A stretch of DNA of 34,929 nt from Acinetobacter sp. (GCA_047605045.1 JASGGM010000001.1:1-34929); one strand, 5' to 3'; positions 10,384 to 20,204 are shown, counted from the stretch's first letter. Notes: generated from the sequence alone by a model not told the origin. Numbers and translations are program-made.

Positions 10384-11307
10384 ATGCAAAATAACAAACC
10401 CGATATACTCAGCATTGATGATGCTCATTTTGGCAGCCATATTGAACACTGGAATTTACTGACTGACGATCCAAGTACGGTTGTTCCAAAATGGTTAGGG
10501 CAAGCTTTGGATGCGCCTGTCATGCCAATGGGTTTATGTGATTCTGAAGATGACATGGATACTGGAACATGGCTCATTACAGGACCGAGTGAATCAAAAA
10601 TTCAATTCTCTCAAATTATTGCTGTCGAAAATAACAAACCTAAGGCCGTTAAACTGGCATTCCCAAGTTTTGAAGGACCATACTCCACCCCTGTTAAAAT
10701 TGAACGAATCATTACGAATCAAGCGAATACTCAAGCAGTTTTAAGGTTAAATGTCGGACAAAATGCCACTGTTTATGCCTTTGACAGCCTTTATAGCGTG
10801 AATCATGCACATTATCAAAAAGACCACAGCTATCAAGCTCATTTAAATGCATGGGCTTATGAATTAGAAACAGTCCATGAAAATGAGCAAATTATCGTTG
10901 ATGATCCTGCTTCAATTAAACACCACAGAGCATTAAATGACATTTTGATTCAGCATAATGGAATTGCTCCACCCAACCTGCAAGAATTAATTGAAGCATG
11001 GCAACCTCAAACTGAGGAGGATACAGCCCCAGTAACTGTCGATTTCTCACAAATGGTCGCTTATTTATATGGTGAAAATAGTGGCCAAGAAGATGAAGCA
11101 TGGTTTCAAGGTAAAATTGTAGGTAAAACTACAACCCAATGTATGGGTGAAGAATACAGCTTATATGATGTCACGCTATTATTAGAAGATAATCAACCTG
11201 CGACATTAATTCGCATTGCCACTAAAGCGGAAGAATATAAAAACTTCGATATCGGACAATATATTCGTGGCAATATTTGGATTCAAGTCAATATTTTTAA
11301 TCAATAG
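10384..11307 (+). CDS. Hypothetical protein (acidic, beta-rich)
   Basis: 307-aa ORF with ATG start filling the space between yaiI and serC; no family motif recognised. Confidence 0.8.
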   Translation: MQNNKPDILSIDDAHFGSHIEHWNLLTDDPSTVVPKWLGQALDAPVMPMGLCDSEDDMDTGTWLITGPSESKIQFSQIIAVENNKPKAVKLAFPSFEGPYSTPVKIERIITNQANTQAVLRLNVGQNATVYAFDSLYSVNHAHYQKDHSYQAHLNAWAYELETVHENEQIIVDDPASIKHHRALNDILIQHNGIAPPNLQELIEAWQPQTEEDTAPVTVDFSQMVAYLYGENSGQEDEAWFQGKIVGKTTTQCMGEEYSLYDVTLLLEDNQPATLIRIATKAEEYKNFDIGQYIRGNIWIQVNIFNQ

Positions 11308-11352
11308 TGTTATGAATTGCAGTTTAAAATGAATAAAGGCTTTTCATAGACT

Positions 11353-11396
11353 ATTATTTATGCTAAAAATAATAACCTTATATTAGCATAAATAAT
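11353..11396. promoter_or_regulatory. 14-bp perfect inverted repeat with a 16-bp spacer, upstream of a small ORF
   Basis: ATTATTTATGCTAA (11353-11366) / TTAGCATAAATAAT (11383-11396). Confidence 0.5.
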
Positions 11397-11421
11397 TGAT
11401 CGTATTTTTAGGCCTTTTTCA

Positions 11422-11565
11422 ATGAAAATTACGCAAGAACAGACCTCCAGTATGATTCAGCCGCACACTCAACCACGAATCAAAATCGACTCAGGCGCTT
11501 TCTGTTTTTTCATGCTTGGCATGTTTTTGGTTGCGCTATTTATCCACCACTTTGCAATATTCTAA
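11422..11565 (+). CDS. Putative 47-aa small membrane protein (not in the ORF track)
   Basis: MKITQEQTSSMIQPHTQPRIKIDSGAFCFFMLGMFLVALFIHHFAIF*. Polar N-terminus, ~20-aa hydrophobic C-terminus, weak AGG upstream and a terminator 10 bp after the stop. Confidence 0.55.
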   Translation: MKITQEQTSSMIQPHTQPRIKIDSGAFCFFMLGMFLVALFIHHFAIF

Positions 11566-11575
11566 TTGTAATACG

Positions 11576-11617
11576 CATAAAAAAGGATAGCTCAAGAATG
11601 GCTATCCTTTTTTTATG
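11576..11617. terminator. Bidirectional intrinsic terminator (small ORF / serC)
   Basis: CATAAAAAAGGATAGC-TCAAGAATG-GCTATCCTTTTTTTATG, with A- and T-runs on both sides. Confidence 0.85.
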
Positions 11618-11638
11618 TTTGCAATTTAATGCCAAGTA

Positions 11639-12718
11639 TTAACCATGGCGTTGTGCAAATTCATCCATAAATTTGATTAATGCCTGCACAGCATCTAAAG
11701 GTACAGCATTATAGATACTTGCACGCATTCCACCAACTGAACGGTGTCCGGCCAGATTAAGTAAATGATTCTGTTCGGCTTCTTGCAAGAATAATTTATC
11801 CAAATTACTATCGGCTAAAGTAAATGGCACATTCATCAGTGAACGATTTGCGATTGCAATGGGATTATTATAAAAATCGCTGCTATCGATATAACCATAC
11901 AATGTATTGGCTTTTTCCACATTAACTTTATGAATAGCCGCTACCCCACCCTGCTGTAATAACCATTCAAACACGAGGCCCGACAAATACCATGCATAGG
12001 TAGATGGTGTATTCACCATTGAATCGTTTTTTGCTTGTGCACCATATTTTAATAAGCTTGGAATTTCAGGTTTTGCTTGATCAAGTAAATCATCACGCAC
12101 GATGACCAAAGTTAAACCTGCTGGCCCGATATTTTTTTGAGCACCCGCATAAATTAAACCGAATTTAGATACATCAATCGGCGCAGATAAAATACTTGAT
12201 GATAAATCAGCAACCAGCGGCGCATCACTTTGTGGAATATGATCAAACTGCAAACCGCCAATCGTTTCATTTTCACAATAATGTAAGTAACTTGCATCAC
12301 TTGATAATGTCCAAGTATTTGGGTCGGTAATTGCAAATTTACCCTCAATTTGCGTACCTGCTTCAACAACGTGAATATCGCCATAACGTTGCGCTTCTTT
12401 AATGGCTTTTTCCGACCAAATACCCGTATGAATATAATCTGCTTTAGGATTATTACCAAGTAAATTCAATGGAATAGATGAGAATTGTAAGGTCGCGCCC
12501 CCTTGCAAAAATAGCACCTTGTAATTATCTGGAATGTGTAACAATTCACGGAGATCTACTTCAGCTTTTTCTGCCACTGCAACATAATCTTTACTGCGGT
12601 GACTCATTTCCATAATGGAAACGCCTTTCCCCTGCCAATCGAGTAATTCTTGTTGAGCTTTTTCTAATACAGCAGTCGGCAAAGCAGCAGGTCCAGCACA
12701 GAAATTGTACGCACGCAT
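11639..12718 (-). CDS. serC: 3-phosphoserine/phosphohydroxythreonine aminotransferase
   Basis: NFCAGPA, EMSHRS, PLP lysine in AGAQKNIGPAG, and GHRSVGGMRASIYNA. Confidence 0.98.
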   Translation of the reverse strand: MRAYNFCAGPAALPTAVLEKAQQELLDWQGKGVSIMEMSHRSKDYVAVAEKAEVDLRELLHIPDNYKVLFLQGGATLQFSSIPLNLLGNNPKADYIHTGIWSEKAIKEAQRYGDIHVVEAGTQIEGKFAITDPNTWTLSSDASYLHYCENETIGGLQFDHIPQSDAPLVADLSSSILSAPIDVSKFGLIYAGAQKNIGPAGLTLVIVRDDLLDQAKPEIPSLLKYGAQAKNDSMVNTPSTYAWYLSGLVFEWLLQQGGVAAIHKVNVEKANTLYGYIDSSDFYNNPIAIANRSLMNVPFTLADSNLDKLFLQEAEQNHLLNLAGHRSVGGMRASIYNAVPLDAVQALIKFMDEFAQRHG

Positions 12719-13026
12719 GAGTGTTCCTTTTACAGTCTTAAATACAACAAAGTGACGTTATTTAAGCATAAATTGGCGACTCAATGTTGTATATCTACCA
12801 GTTATTATTTCAATTTAAATTTAAAATCAAGCCATATTTTTCGATAGTCATCGCCTTAGATATATTTTAGAATAGACATCAAAATGGCCTCATTACTACA
12901 ATAAATCAAAGTAATGTCGTAGAAGATTATCGTACAATTCAAGTATTTTATCCAAATGATTGGCTGTAATAATGCACGCTGAACATGAAATGAGATCAAC
13001 TTGATCTATTTAGGTCTGGAATATTC

Positions 13027-14538
13027 ATGCCAAAACACAAGAAACCATATACAACTTTATTTCAATATTTCATGCGCTGGAAAAACTGTGGTCAATACAC
13101 GCTTATCACAACAGCTTCACTGTGTTTTTACGCAAATGCTTTTGCTGACGATGTATCTTATGCTCAGGCAGAACAACATATTTTACAGTCCAGTTATACA
13201 ACACAAGCCAGTACAGCCTTACAACATGCTTCAGAAGCAAACCAAAAAGCCGTTCAATACTTAGGTATGCCCCGTGTCGATTTGAATGTAAGAGCTTATA
13301 AATTTCATACAGAAACTGATATTCCCCTACAAGGGATCAAGCAAAACTTAGAACAAACTATTTCACAAAGTGTAAATGATCGAATCTCTAGTATTGGCGG
13401 AGATTTAGGATTAAGTCAGGATCAAACTAGCCAGATCAATACAGGCGTTAATCAAACCATTCATAATGGCGTGAGTACAATTCCAGATACTGCCGATGTC
13501 TCTTTTAGCGATCAAACCATTCGTTCTACCGTTTCTGTCATCGTACCTATGTATACGGGCGGTTCAATTACAAGTACAAAAAACCTGTCTCATTTACAGG
13601 CTCAACGCAGTCAGCTAAATAATCAACAACAACAGGATATTCAACGTTTTGAAGTGATTCAACGTTATTTTAATGTGCAATTACAGCAAGCATTACTAAA
13701 AGCCGCACAGAACAATGTGAAAGCAATGCAACAACATGTAGAAAATGCCTATAAACTGGAGAAACAGGGATTCATCAGTAAAGGACAACGAATGCAATTT
13801 GAAGTTGCGCGTAATCAGGCATTAATCGCACAACAAACTGTAGAAACTGAACGACAAAACAGTTTATTTAGTTTTCATAATTTAATGCGTAATGAACGGG
13901 ACTTGCATTTAACGACCCCTCTATTTATTAATAGTACGCCAAATCATGCTTTGGCAAATTATATGCAAAGTTATCGGCAACAATCGAGCTTAGTCCGTAA
14001 AATGCAAATGGATACGGACATTGCCGAACAGAATATTAAATTACAAAGTGCTGCCAAAAAGCCCAGTATTTATGCATTTGGTGAATATACTTTAGATGAT
14101 AAACAGAATTGGATTGTCGGTGTTGTAGCACGTTATAACTTATTTTCTGGTATCAATCACAATCAAAAGATTCAAGCTGCCGAATGGGAACATTATGCAG
14201 CACAACTCATGGCGGAACGAACCAAACAAGAAATCGAAAATATGCTATTTAAAGCCTATGCAAACATGCTTGATGCCCAAAAGAAACATGTACTTTTACA
14301 GCAGAATTTACAAGCAGCACAGGAAAATTTGCGCATACAAAATCTTTCATTTAAAGAAGATATGGGAACCGTTGCACAAATCATTGATGCTGAAAATGCC
14401 TATTCGCTGACACAAGCTCAAATTGCCACAAATGCCTACCAATACATTTTAGCATTAGCGACATTATTACAAAGTCATGGTTCAATAGCACAATTTAAAG
14501 ACTATACAAACCAAGTGAATACAACATTTATTCAATAA
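13027..14538 (+). CDS. TolC/OEP family outer-membrane efflux protein
   Basis: Signal peptide ending ANA/AFA, PMYTGG, YNLFSG and helical OEP repeats; first gene of the exporter operon. Confidence 0.88.
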   Translation: MPKHKKPYTTLFQYFMRWKNCGQYTLITTASLCFYANAFADDVSYAQAEQHILQSSYTTQASTALQHASEANQKAVQYLGMPRVDLNVRAYKFHTETDIPLQGIKQNLEQTISQSVNDRISSIGGDLGLSQDQTSQINTGVNQTIHNGVSTIPDTADVSFSDQTIRSTVSVIVPMYTGGSITSTKNLSHLQAQRSQLNNQQQQDIQRFEVIQRYFNVQLQQALLKAAQNNVKAMQQHVENAYKLEKQGFISKGQRMQFEVARNQALIAQQTVETERQNSLFSFHNLMRNERDLHLTTPLFINSTPNHALANYMQSYRQQSSLVRKMQMDTDIAEQNIKLQSAAKKPSIYAFGEYTLDDKQNWIVGVVARYNLFSGINHNQKIQAAEWEHYAAQLMAERTKQEIENMLFKAYANMLDAQKKHVLLQQNLQAAQENLRIQNLSFKEDMGTVAQIIDAENAYSLTQAQIATNAYQYILALATLLQSHGSIAQFKDYTNQVNTTFIQ

Positions 14539-14556
14539 CAAATTGTCGGGACAGCC

Positions 14557-15676
14557 ATGATGAATCAAGATCAACAACCAAGCCCTGAGAAACCAGATCA
14601 AGTTCCTGCAAGCTCGCAAGACCAAACATCTGGTTTAGACCATTTGGGAACTCAAAAAAATACGGATGACAAAAAACCTAAATCTGCAATCCTCAAATTT
14701 ATCGTTTTTATTCTAATACTTTTAATTTTACTGGGCGTTATTATTTTTGGTCTATGGAAAAGCTATCAACCCCAAGTCGTTGAGGTGCAAGGTCGCGTTG
14801 AAGTAGAAACGGTACATGTCAGTACCAAAGTTCCAAGCCGCATTGCTGAAATTTATGTCGCAGAAGGCCAACTGGTTCAAAAGAACCAACCTCTTGTACG
14901 TCTGTATAGTCCCGAAATTGATGCTAAAAAACAACAAGCCTTGGCAACACTACAATCCGCTTTGGCCCTACAACAAACAACAGAACGCGGTTCTCGTGAA
15001 GAAAATCTCGAAAGTTTATATGCCAATTGGCAAAGCTTAAAAGCACAAGCGCAACTGGCAAAAACTACCTATCAACGTGGTGAGAATTTATATGTACAAG
15101 GTGTGATTTCTCGACAACGACGAGATGAAATGTTTGCTGCACAACAATCCGCTTCACAAATGAGTGAGGCTGCCTATCAGCAATATAAACGTGGTAAAAC
15201 AGGTGGAACACCGCAACAACGCTCCAGTGCCGATGCGCAAGTAAAAATTGCACAGGCAGCTGTTTCAGAAGCCAATGCGCTAGAGGCCGAAACTCAATTG
15301 CTGTCACCGATTGCAGGACGCGTTTCAAAAGTCTATGGCAAGACATCAGAGTTGGTTGCCAGTGCCGTACCTGTTATTCGTTTATTGGATGAATCTCATT
15401 TGTGGGTAAGTCTAAATGTACGCGAAGATCAGTATGCTGAAGTGTATCGACAAAAAAAATTGACGGGTTTTATTCCTGCATTAAATCGTTCAGCTGAATT
15501 TAATATTCAGGACATTGGAGGCTGAAGGTGATTTTGCAACCATTAAAACCACACGTCAAACAGGGGGTTACGATATTCGCAGTTTTAAATTACATCTGCA
15601 ACCAACGCAAAATATTGAAGGCTTAAAGTCAGGAATGAGCGTGTTGTTTAAACTCAAGCAGGCCAAATCTGAATGA
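14557..15676 (+). pseudogene. HlyD-family periplasmic adaptor with a +1 frameshift at ~15517 (real lesion or sequencing error)
   Basis: TM anchor, lipoyl half-motifs VAEGQLVQKNQPL and LLSPIAGRV. The ORF stops at 15525, but the +1 frame continues EAEGDFATIKTTRQTGGYDIRSFKLHLQP..GLKSGMSV..KSE* to 15676, overlapping the next ATG. Confidence 0.85.
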
Positions 15677-16836
15677 TGCGTTTAATATGGCGCGAGTTAC
15701 AGCAACTAAAACAGCATAAATGGGATTTATGCATGGTTACTGTTGTACCCTTATTGGTCATTTTACTGTTTAGCACCATGTTTATTCATGGCAAAGCTGA
15801 ACATATGCCTATTGCCATTATCGACCAAGATCACAGCCAACTCAGTCACAACATTGAAAAATATCTACGTTTGAATTCAACACTGGATGTTGCTTTAATC
15901 AGCGACCAAACACAGGTCGTAGAAACTGCGCTGAATAAGACCCAAATTTGGGGCTATATTTATATTCCCGAAGGCGCAGAGCAGCGATTATCTCGTGCTG
16001 AAGACGCACAAATTAATATTTTTTATAATCAATCTTTTTATAGCATTGGCAGTAGTATTTCAACTGCAATGAGTAGCAGCACCATTCAGGCAGCATTAGA
16101 TTTTTTAAGTCAGGATCATCTTGGCAACATGATTCCCTATGCCAATTTTCCAACGCCACATTTGAAAATCTCACCCCTCTATAATCCAAATATGAGTTAT
16201 GAGTTTTTTTTAGAACCTTTTGTTATTCCAGCAGTTTTACATCTATTATTATGCTGTGTTGTTGCTTTTTCGATTGGCCAAGATTTAAAAAAAGACTTTC
16301 ATTATTGCCAAAATTCAAAACAGGTCATCTATAGCATTTTTGCTAAAATCTTGCTCTACGTGACCATTTTCTGTGCATGGACATGGGGCTGGCTGTTTTG
16401 GATGATCCTCATTCGTGGATGGTTTGTAGCAGGCCATCTATGGCTACTCTTGCTTGGACAATTTGCACTTTATTGTGCCTATGCACTTGTGACCGCAGTT
16501 GTCGTCATGTTCACGCAAAATTTAGCAAAAACATTTGGCTTCATTGCCATGTATGGTGGTTCATCTTTAAGTTTTTCTGGTATCAGCCTACCCATTAATA
16601 ATGCCCCTTTGTTTACGAAATTTTGGTCGAATATTATTCCTTTTACCCCTTATGCAAAATTACAGACTGAGCAATGGGTCATTGGGTCAGATGCAAACAT
16701 CTCGATGATAGCCCTATTCATTTTACTATTACATCTCTTCATTTATTTGGTTTTGATACTCCTAAAAACACAGAAAATGTATCAATACAAAAATATGGTC
16801 ACATCACCATTGTTAGACAATCGAGGTGAGCAATGA
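15673..16836 (+). CDS. ABC-2 type transporter permease (YhhJ/YbhS-like)
   Basis: N-terminal TM, PIAIIDQDHSQLS, YNPNMSY and multiple C-terminal TMs. Confidence 0.88.
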   Translation: MMRLIWRELQQLKQHKWDLCMVTVVPLLVILLFSTMFIHGKAEHMPIAIIDQDHSQLSHNIEKYLRLNSTLDVALISDQTQVVETALNKTQIWGYIYIPEGAEQRLSRAEDAQINIFYNQSFYSIGSSISTAMSSSTIQAALDFLSQDHLGNMIPYANFPTPHLKISPLYNPNMSYEFFLEPFVIPAVLHLLLCCVVAFSIGQDLKKDFHYCQNSKQVIYSIFAKILLYVTIFCAWTWGWLFWMILIRGWFVAGHLWLLLLGQFALYCAYALVTAVVVMFTQNLAKTFGFIAMYGGSSLSFSGISLPINNAPLFTKFWSNIIPFTPYAKLQTEQWVIGSDANISMIALFILLLHLFIYLVLILLKTQKMYQYKNMVTSPLLDNRGEQ

Positions 16837-17939
16837 GACTATTTTTCAAATATTATGTACAAACTTTTAAAAATATTGCAGCAAATAGTTCTATTCTTAC
16901 GACCCTTATTTTAGGCGTGATTATATATGGTTTTTTCTACCCAACTGCATACCAAGCACAGAAAGCTGAAGCATTGCCAATTATCATTGTCGATGAAGAA
17001 CGTAGCGAGTTGAGTCAATCCATTATTCAAGCAGTCAGTTATAGCCCTAATGTTGAGATTAAACAAATTACAGGAAATTTTTTAACAGCAGAACAACAAG
17101 TTAAGAATCAAAAAGCTGAAGCAATTTTGTATCTTCCTCATAATCTCAGTCAAAGTCTGATGCATGGTGAAACGGGTGGGATTGGTTTTTATTTAAGTGC
17201 TGCCTATTTTGTCAAACTGAAAGACATTGCTTTAGGAATGGGAACAGCGATTGAACATAGTCTTGCTGAACAGTTAGAAAAATTTGGACAAATCTCGCAT
17301 TTTAAATTTGAACAATCCATTCACTCTACGCCCTTATTTAACCCACTTTCAGGTTATGCGAGTTATATTTTTCCAGCCGTTAGCCCACTCATTATTCATC
17401 AAACAATTTTAATTGGCTTATCCATGTTGATTGCCAGCTATCGGGAAAAATTCTGGCAACCCTCAGCAACAGAATTTTTTGCAACTTTTGCCAGTGTATT
17501 GACCATTGGTTGTATCGGCTGTTTATATTATTTTGGCTTTATTTTTTGGTTGTACGACCTTCCTCGTGGTGGAAATTTTTGGGGGATGTGCTTAGCTATA
17601 CCGATTTATATCAGTTATACCGTTGCTTTCAGTATGTTACTCGCCTCTTTTTTCGATATGTTGGAACGAGCTGGTCATGTATTGGTGGTCACATCTATTC
17701 CTATTTTTTTACTGTCTGGCGTTGCTTTCCCACATGAATCTATGCCTGTTTTAATACAATATCTGGCTTGGTTTTTGCCGACGACTTCAGGCCTTCACAT
17801 GTTTATTCAGTTGAATCAAATGGGTGTGCCCACTTGGATTGTAATACCAAAATTGTTATATATCGGTGTTTTTGGTCTTGTATGTCTGGCACTTGCTTAT
17901 TACCGTTTAGTTATTGCACCACGCCCTGCCAGCCAATAA
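16833..17939 (+). CDS. ABC-2 type transporter permease (YbhR-like)
   Basis: PIIIVDEERSELS, FNPLSGY and LLSGVAFPHESMP; ATGA overlap with the previous gene. Confidence 0.88.
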   Translation: MRLFFKYYVQTFKNIAANSSILTTLILGVIIYGFFYPTAYQAQKAEALPIIIVDEERSELSQSIIQAVSYSPNVEIKQITGNFLTAEQQVKNQKAEAILYLPHNLSQSLMHGETGGIGFYLSAAYFVKLKDIALGMGTAIEHSLAEQLEKFGQISHFKFEQSIHSTPLFNPLSGYASYIFPAVSPLIIHQTILIGLSMLIASYREKFWQPSATEFFATFASVLTIGCIGCLYYFGFIFWLYDLPRGGNFWGMCLAIPIYISYTVAFSMLLASFFDMLERAGHVLVVTSIPIFLLSGVAFPHESMPVLIQYLAWFLPTTSGLHMFIQLNQMGVPTWIVIPKLLYIGVFGLVCLALAYYRLVIAPRPASQ

Positions 17940-17976
17940 CATCATTTTAAACATGCAAATCTTTAGCGTAATATGC

Positions 17977-18000
17977 AAAAGAGCCTTCTAAAAGGCTCTT
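17977..18000 (-). terminator. Intrinsic terminator of ppk1, possibly also serving the exporter operon
   Basis: AAGAGCCTT-CTAA-AAGGCTCTT is a 9-bp perfect stem with a T-run on the minus strand. Confidence 0.75.
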
Positions 18001-18016
18001 CGTTTCATTCAAATCA

Positions 18017-20134
18017 TTATAATTTAAATGATTCTAACAACGTCGCTTGTGAATTATGCGCTTGCTCGCCTTCTTGTAGCTGCGTACGTACCCAATTACC
18101 ATTACCTTGAAGCAACCATGCTTGTTGATTATCTTTCAGATAATTCAATAAACCTTGCTGGTAAATCCGTTTGCGTAATACAGCATCCTGAATGGGGAAA
18201 CAAGCTTCAACACGGTTGAATAAATTACGGTTCATCCAGTCTGCACTTGAGCAATAAATACGTGCATTACCTTGATTTTCAAAGTAGTAAACCCGTGTAT
18301 GCTCTAAAAAACGTCCCACAATCGAACGTACTCGAATATTTTCTGAAAGTCCTGCTAAACCAGGACGTAAGCAACAAATCGAACGAATGATCAAATCAAT
18401 TTGCACCCCAGCTTGAGAAGCTTCATACAGTTTGTTGATCAATTCAACTTCAGTTAAGGCATTGACCTTAATAATAATACGTGCTGCTTTCCCCGCTTTT
18501 GCTGCGGTAATTTCATCATCAATAAAGCCCACTAAATGGTTGTGCAAGGTAAATGGCGCATGAAGCAATTTTTTCAATTTTGCCATTTTGCCCATCCCCG
18601 TTAACTCTTGGAAAATGCGATGTACATCTTCACAAAGTTCTTTTTCAGTCGTGAGCAAGCCATAGTCCGTATAAATACGGGCATTACCAGCGTGGTAGTT
18701 TCCAGTCCCCAAGTGTGCATAGCGTACCAATTTATTGTCTTCACGGCGAACCACCAAAATCATTTTGGCATGTGTTTTATAGCCTACAATACCGTACACC
18801 ACGACAGCACCTGCTTCTTGCAACACATTGGCCACTTCAATATTAGATTCTTCATCGAAACGGGCACGTAGTTCTATTACAGCCGTGACCTCTTTACCAT
18901 TACGGGCAGCTTCTGCCAACACTTGTACAATTTCCGAATTTGCACCACTGCGGTAAAGTGTCTGTTTAATTGCTAAAACCTGAGGATCTCGGGCAGCTTC
19001 ACGCAAGAATGAAATAACAGGCGCAAATGATTCAAATGGATGATGAAGCAAAATATCCTGCTTTTTCATTGCAGCAAAAATATTTTCAGATTTAATCAAC
19101 ACTTTTGGAATGACAGGTGTAAAGGCATCGTACTTCAAATGAGGACGTTTAAAATTAGATAATAACCGTGCCAAATTTACTGGCCCATCCACTTTATATA
19201 GCTGATCTTCTGCCAGTTTAAATTCTTTTAAGAGATGATCATAAATATGTTTTGGACAGTTTTCAGTCACCTCTAACCGTACTGCACGACCAAAACGGCG
19301 AGAACTTAATTCACCTTTCAATGCTTTGGCTAAATCGTCGACATCCTCGTTTAGCTCTAGGTCAGCATTACGGGTCACACGGAATTGGTAACATCCAGTA
19401 GCTGTCATGCCCGGGAACAAATCAGAAACATGCTCATGAATAATCGCCGACAACATGACATGATGCTCTTTACCATCGGTCAATTCATCGGGCAAGCGTA
19501 CAACACGAGGCAATGAACGTGGTGCAGGAACCACGGCTAAATCGATTTGCCGACCAAATGCATCTTTACCTTCCAGCGTGACAATAAAGTTTAAACTTTT
19601 ATTCACCAACCGTGGAAATGGATGAGCTGGATCTAAACTAATGGGTGTTAATACAGGAGCAACTTGTTCCTGAAAATACTTACGTACCCACGCAGTTTGT
19701 GCTGGTGTTAATTCGCCACGACGTAAAAAACAAATATCTTCTTCACGTAATTTTGGCAAAATTTCTTCATTCAAAATACGATATTGGCGTTCAATGGCCA
19801 CATGTGCTGTTTTTGAAATTTGATCTAAAACTTGTTTTGGTGTTAAACCATCGGGACTATGACTTTCATTGCCCAATGATAATTGTTCCATGACCCCAGC
19901 CACTCGAATTTCAAAAAATTCATCCAAATTACGTGAAAAAATTAATAAAAAGTTCAGCCGCTCCAATAACGGATGTAGTGGATCGACTGCTTGCTCTAAA
20001 ACACGCAAATGAAAGTCTAAAATGGAAAGTTCACGGTTAATATAACGGTCATTATAAGCATACTCTGCTACATGACTTGATTTCGATGATGTTGCCGCAG
20101 TTGCTCCTAGATTTGGAGTTACCTCAGTGTTCAT
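18017..20134 (-). CDS. ppk1: Polyphosphate kinase 1
   Basis: [38 protein letters not shown], phospho-His KTHAK, GTGNYH and SSADWMNRN. Confidence 0.98.
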   Translation of the reverse strand: MNTEVTPNLGATAATSSKSSHVAEYAYNDRYINRELSILDFHLRVLEQAVDPLHPLLERLNFLLIFSRNLDEFFEIRVAGVMEQLSLGNESHSPDGLTPKQVLDQISKTAHVAIERQYRILNEEILPKLREEDICFLRRGELTPAQTAWVRKYFQEQVAPVLTPISLDPAHPFPRLVNKSLNFIVTLEGKDAFGRQIDLAVVPAPRSLPRVVRLPDELTDGKEHHVMLSAIIHEHVSDLFPGMTATGCYQFRVTRNADLELNEDVDDLAKALKGELSSRRFGRAVRLEVTENCPKHIYDHLLKEFKLAEDQLYKVDGPVNLARLLSNFKRPHLKYDAFTPVIPKVLIKSENIFAAMKKQDILLHHPFESFAPVISFLREAARDPQVLAIKQTLYRSGANSEIVQVLAEAARNGKEVTAVIELRARFDEESNIEVANVLQEAGAVVVYGIVGYKTHAKMILVVRREDNKLVRYAHLGTGNYHAGNARIYTDYGLLTTEKELCEDVHRIFQELTGMGKMAKLKKLLHAPFTLHNHLVGFIDDEITAAKAGKAARIIIKVNALTEVELINKLYEASQAGVQIDLIIRSICCLRPGLAGLSENIRVRSIVGRFLEHTRVYYFENQGNARIYCSSADWMNRNLFNRVEACFPIQDAVLRKRIYQQGLLNYLKDNQQAWLLQGNGNWVRTQLQEGEQAHNSQATLLESFKL

Positions 20135-20170
20135 ACATGTTTCCGTAAATTATAATGTTTTCATTACAAC

Positions 20171-20204
20171 AGTATGCTTCATCTTTATGACAATTTCATA
20201 AAAG
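20171..20204 (-). promoter_or_regulatory. Putative PhoB-dependent promoter of ppk1 (Pho box plus -10)
   Basis: Minus strand CTTTTAT-GAAA-TTGTCAT, then 10 bp, then CATACT. This matches the CTGTCAT-N4-CTGTCAY-N10-(-10) layout. Confidence 0.55.

Noticed and set aside
13001-13264. 87-aa TTG ORF overlapping the tolC-like start
   Set aside because: It is an out-of-frame overlap with the better-supported TolC signal peptide region.
15517-15525. Programmed prfB-like +1 frameshift at GGA GGC TGA
   Set aside because: The P-site GGC would re-pair poorly at GCT, and the GGAGG overlaps the shift site rather than lying upstream. A simple G insertion explains the data.
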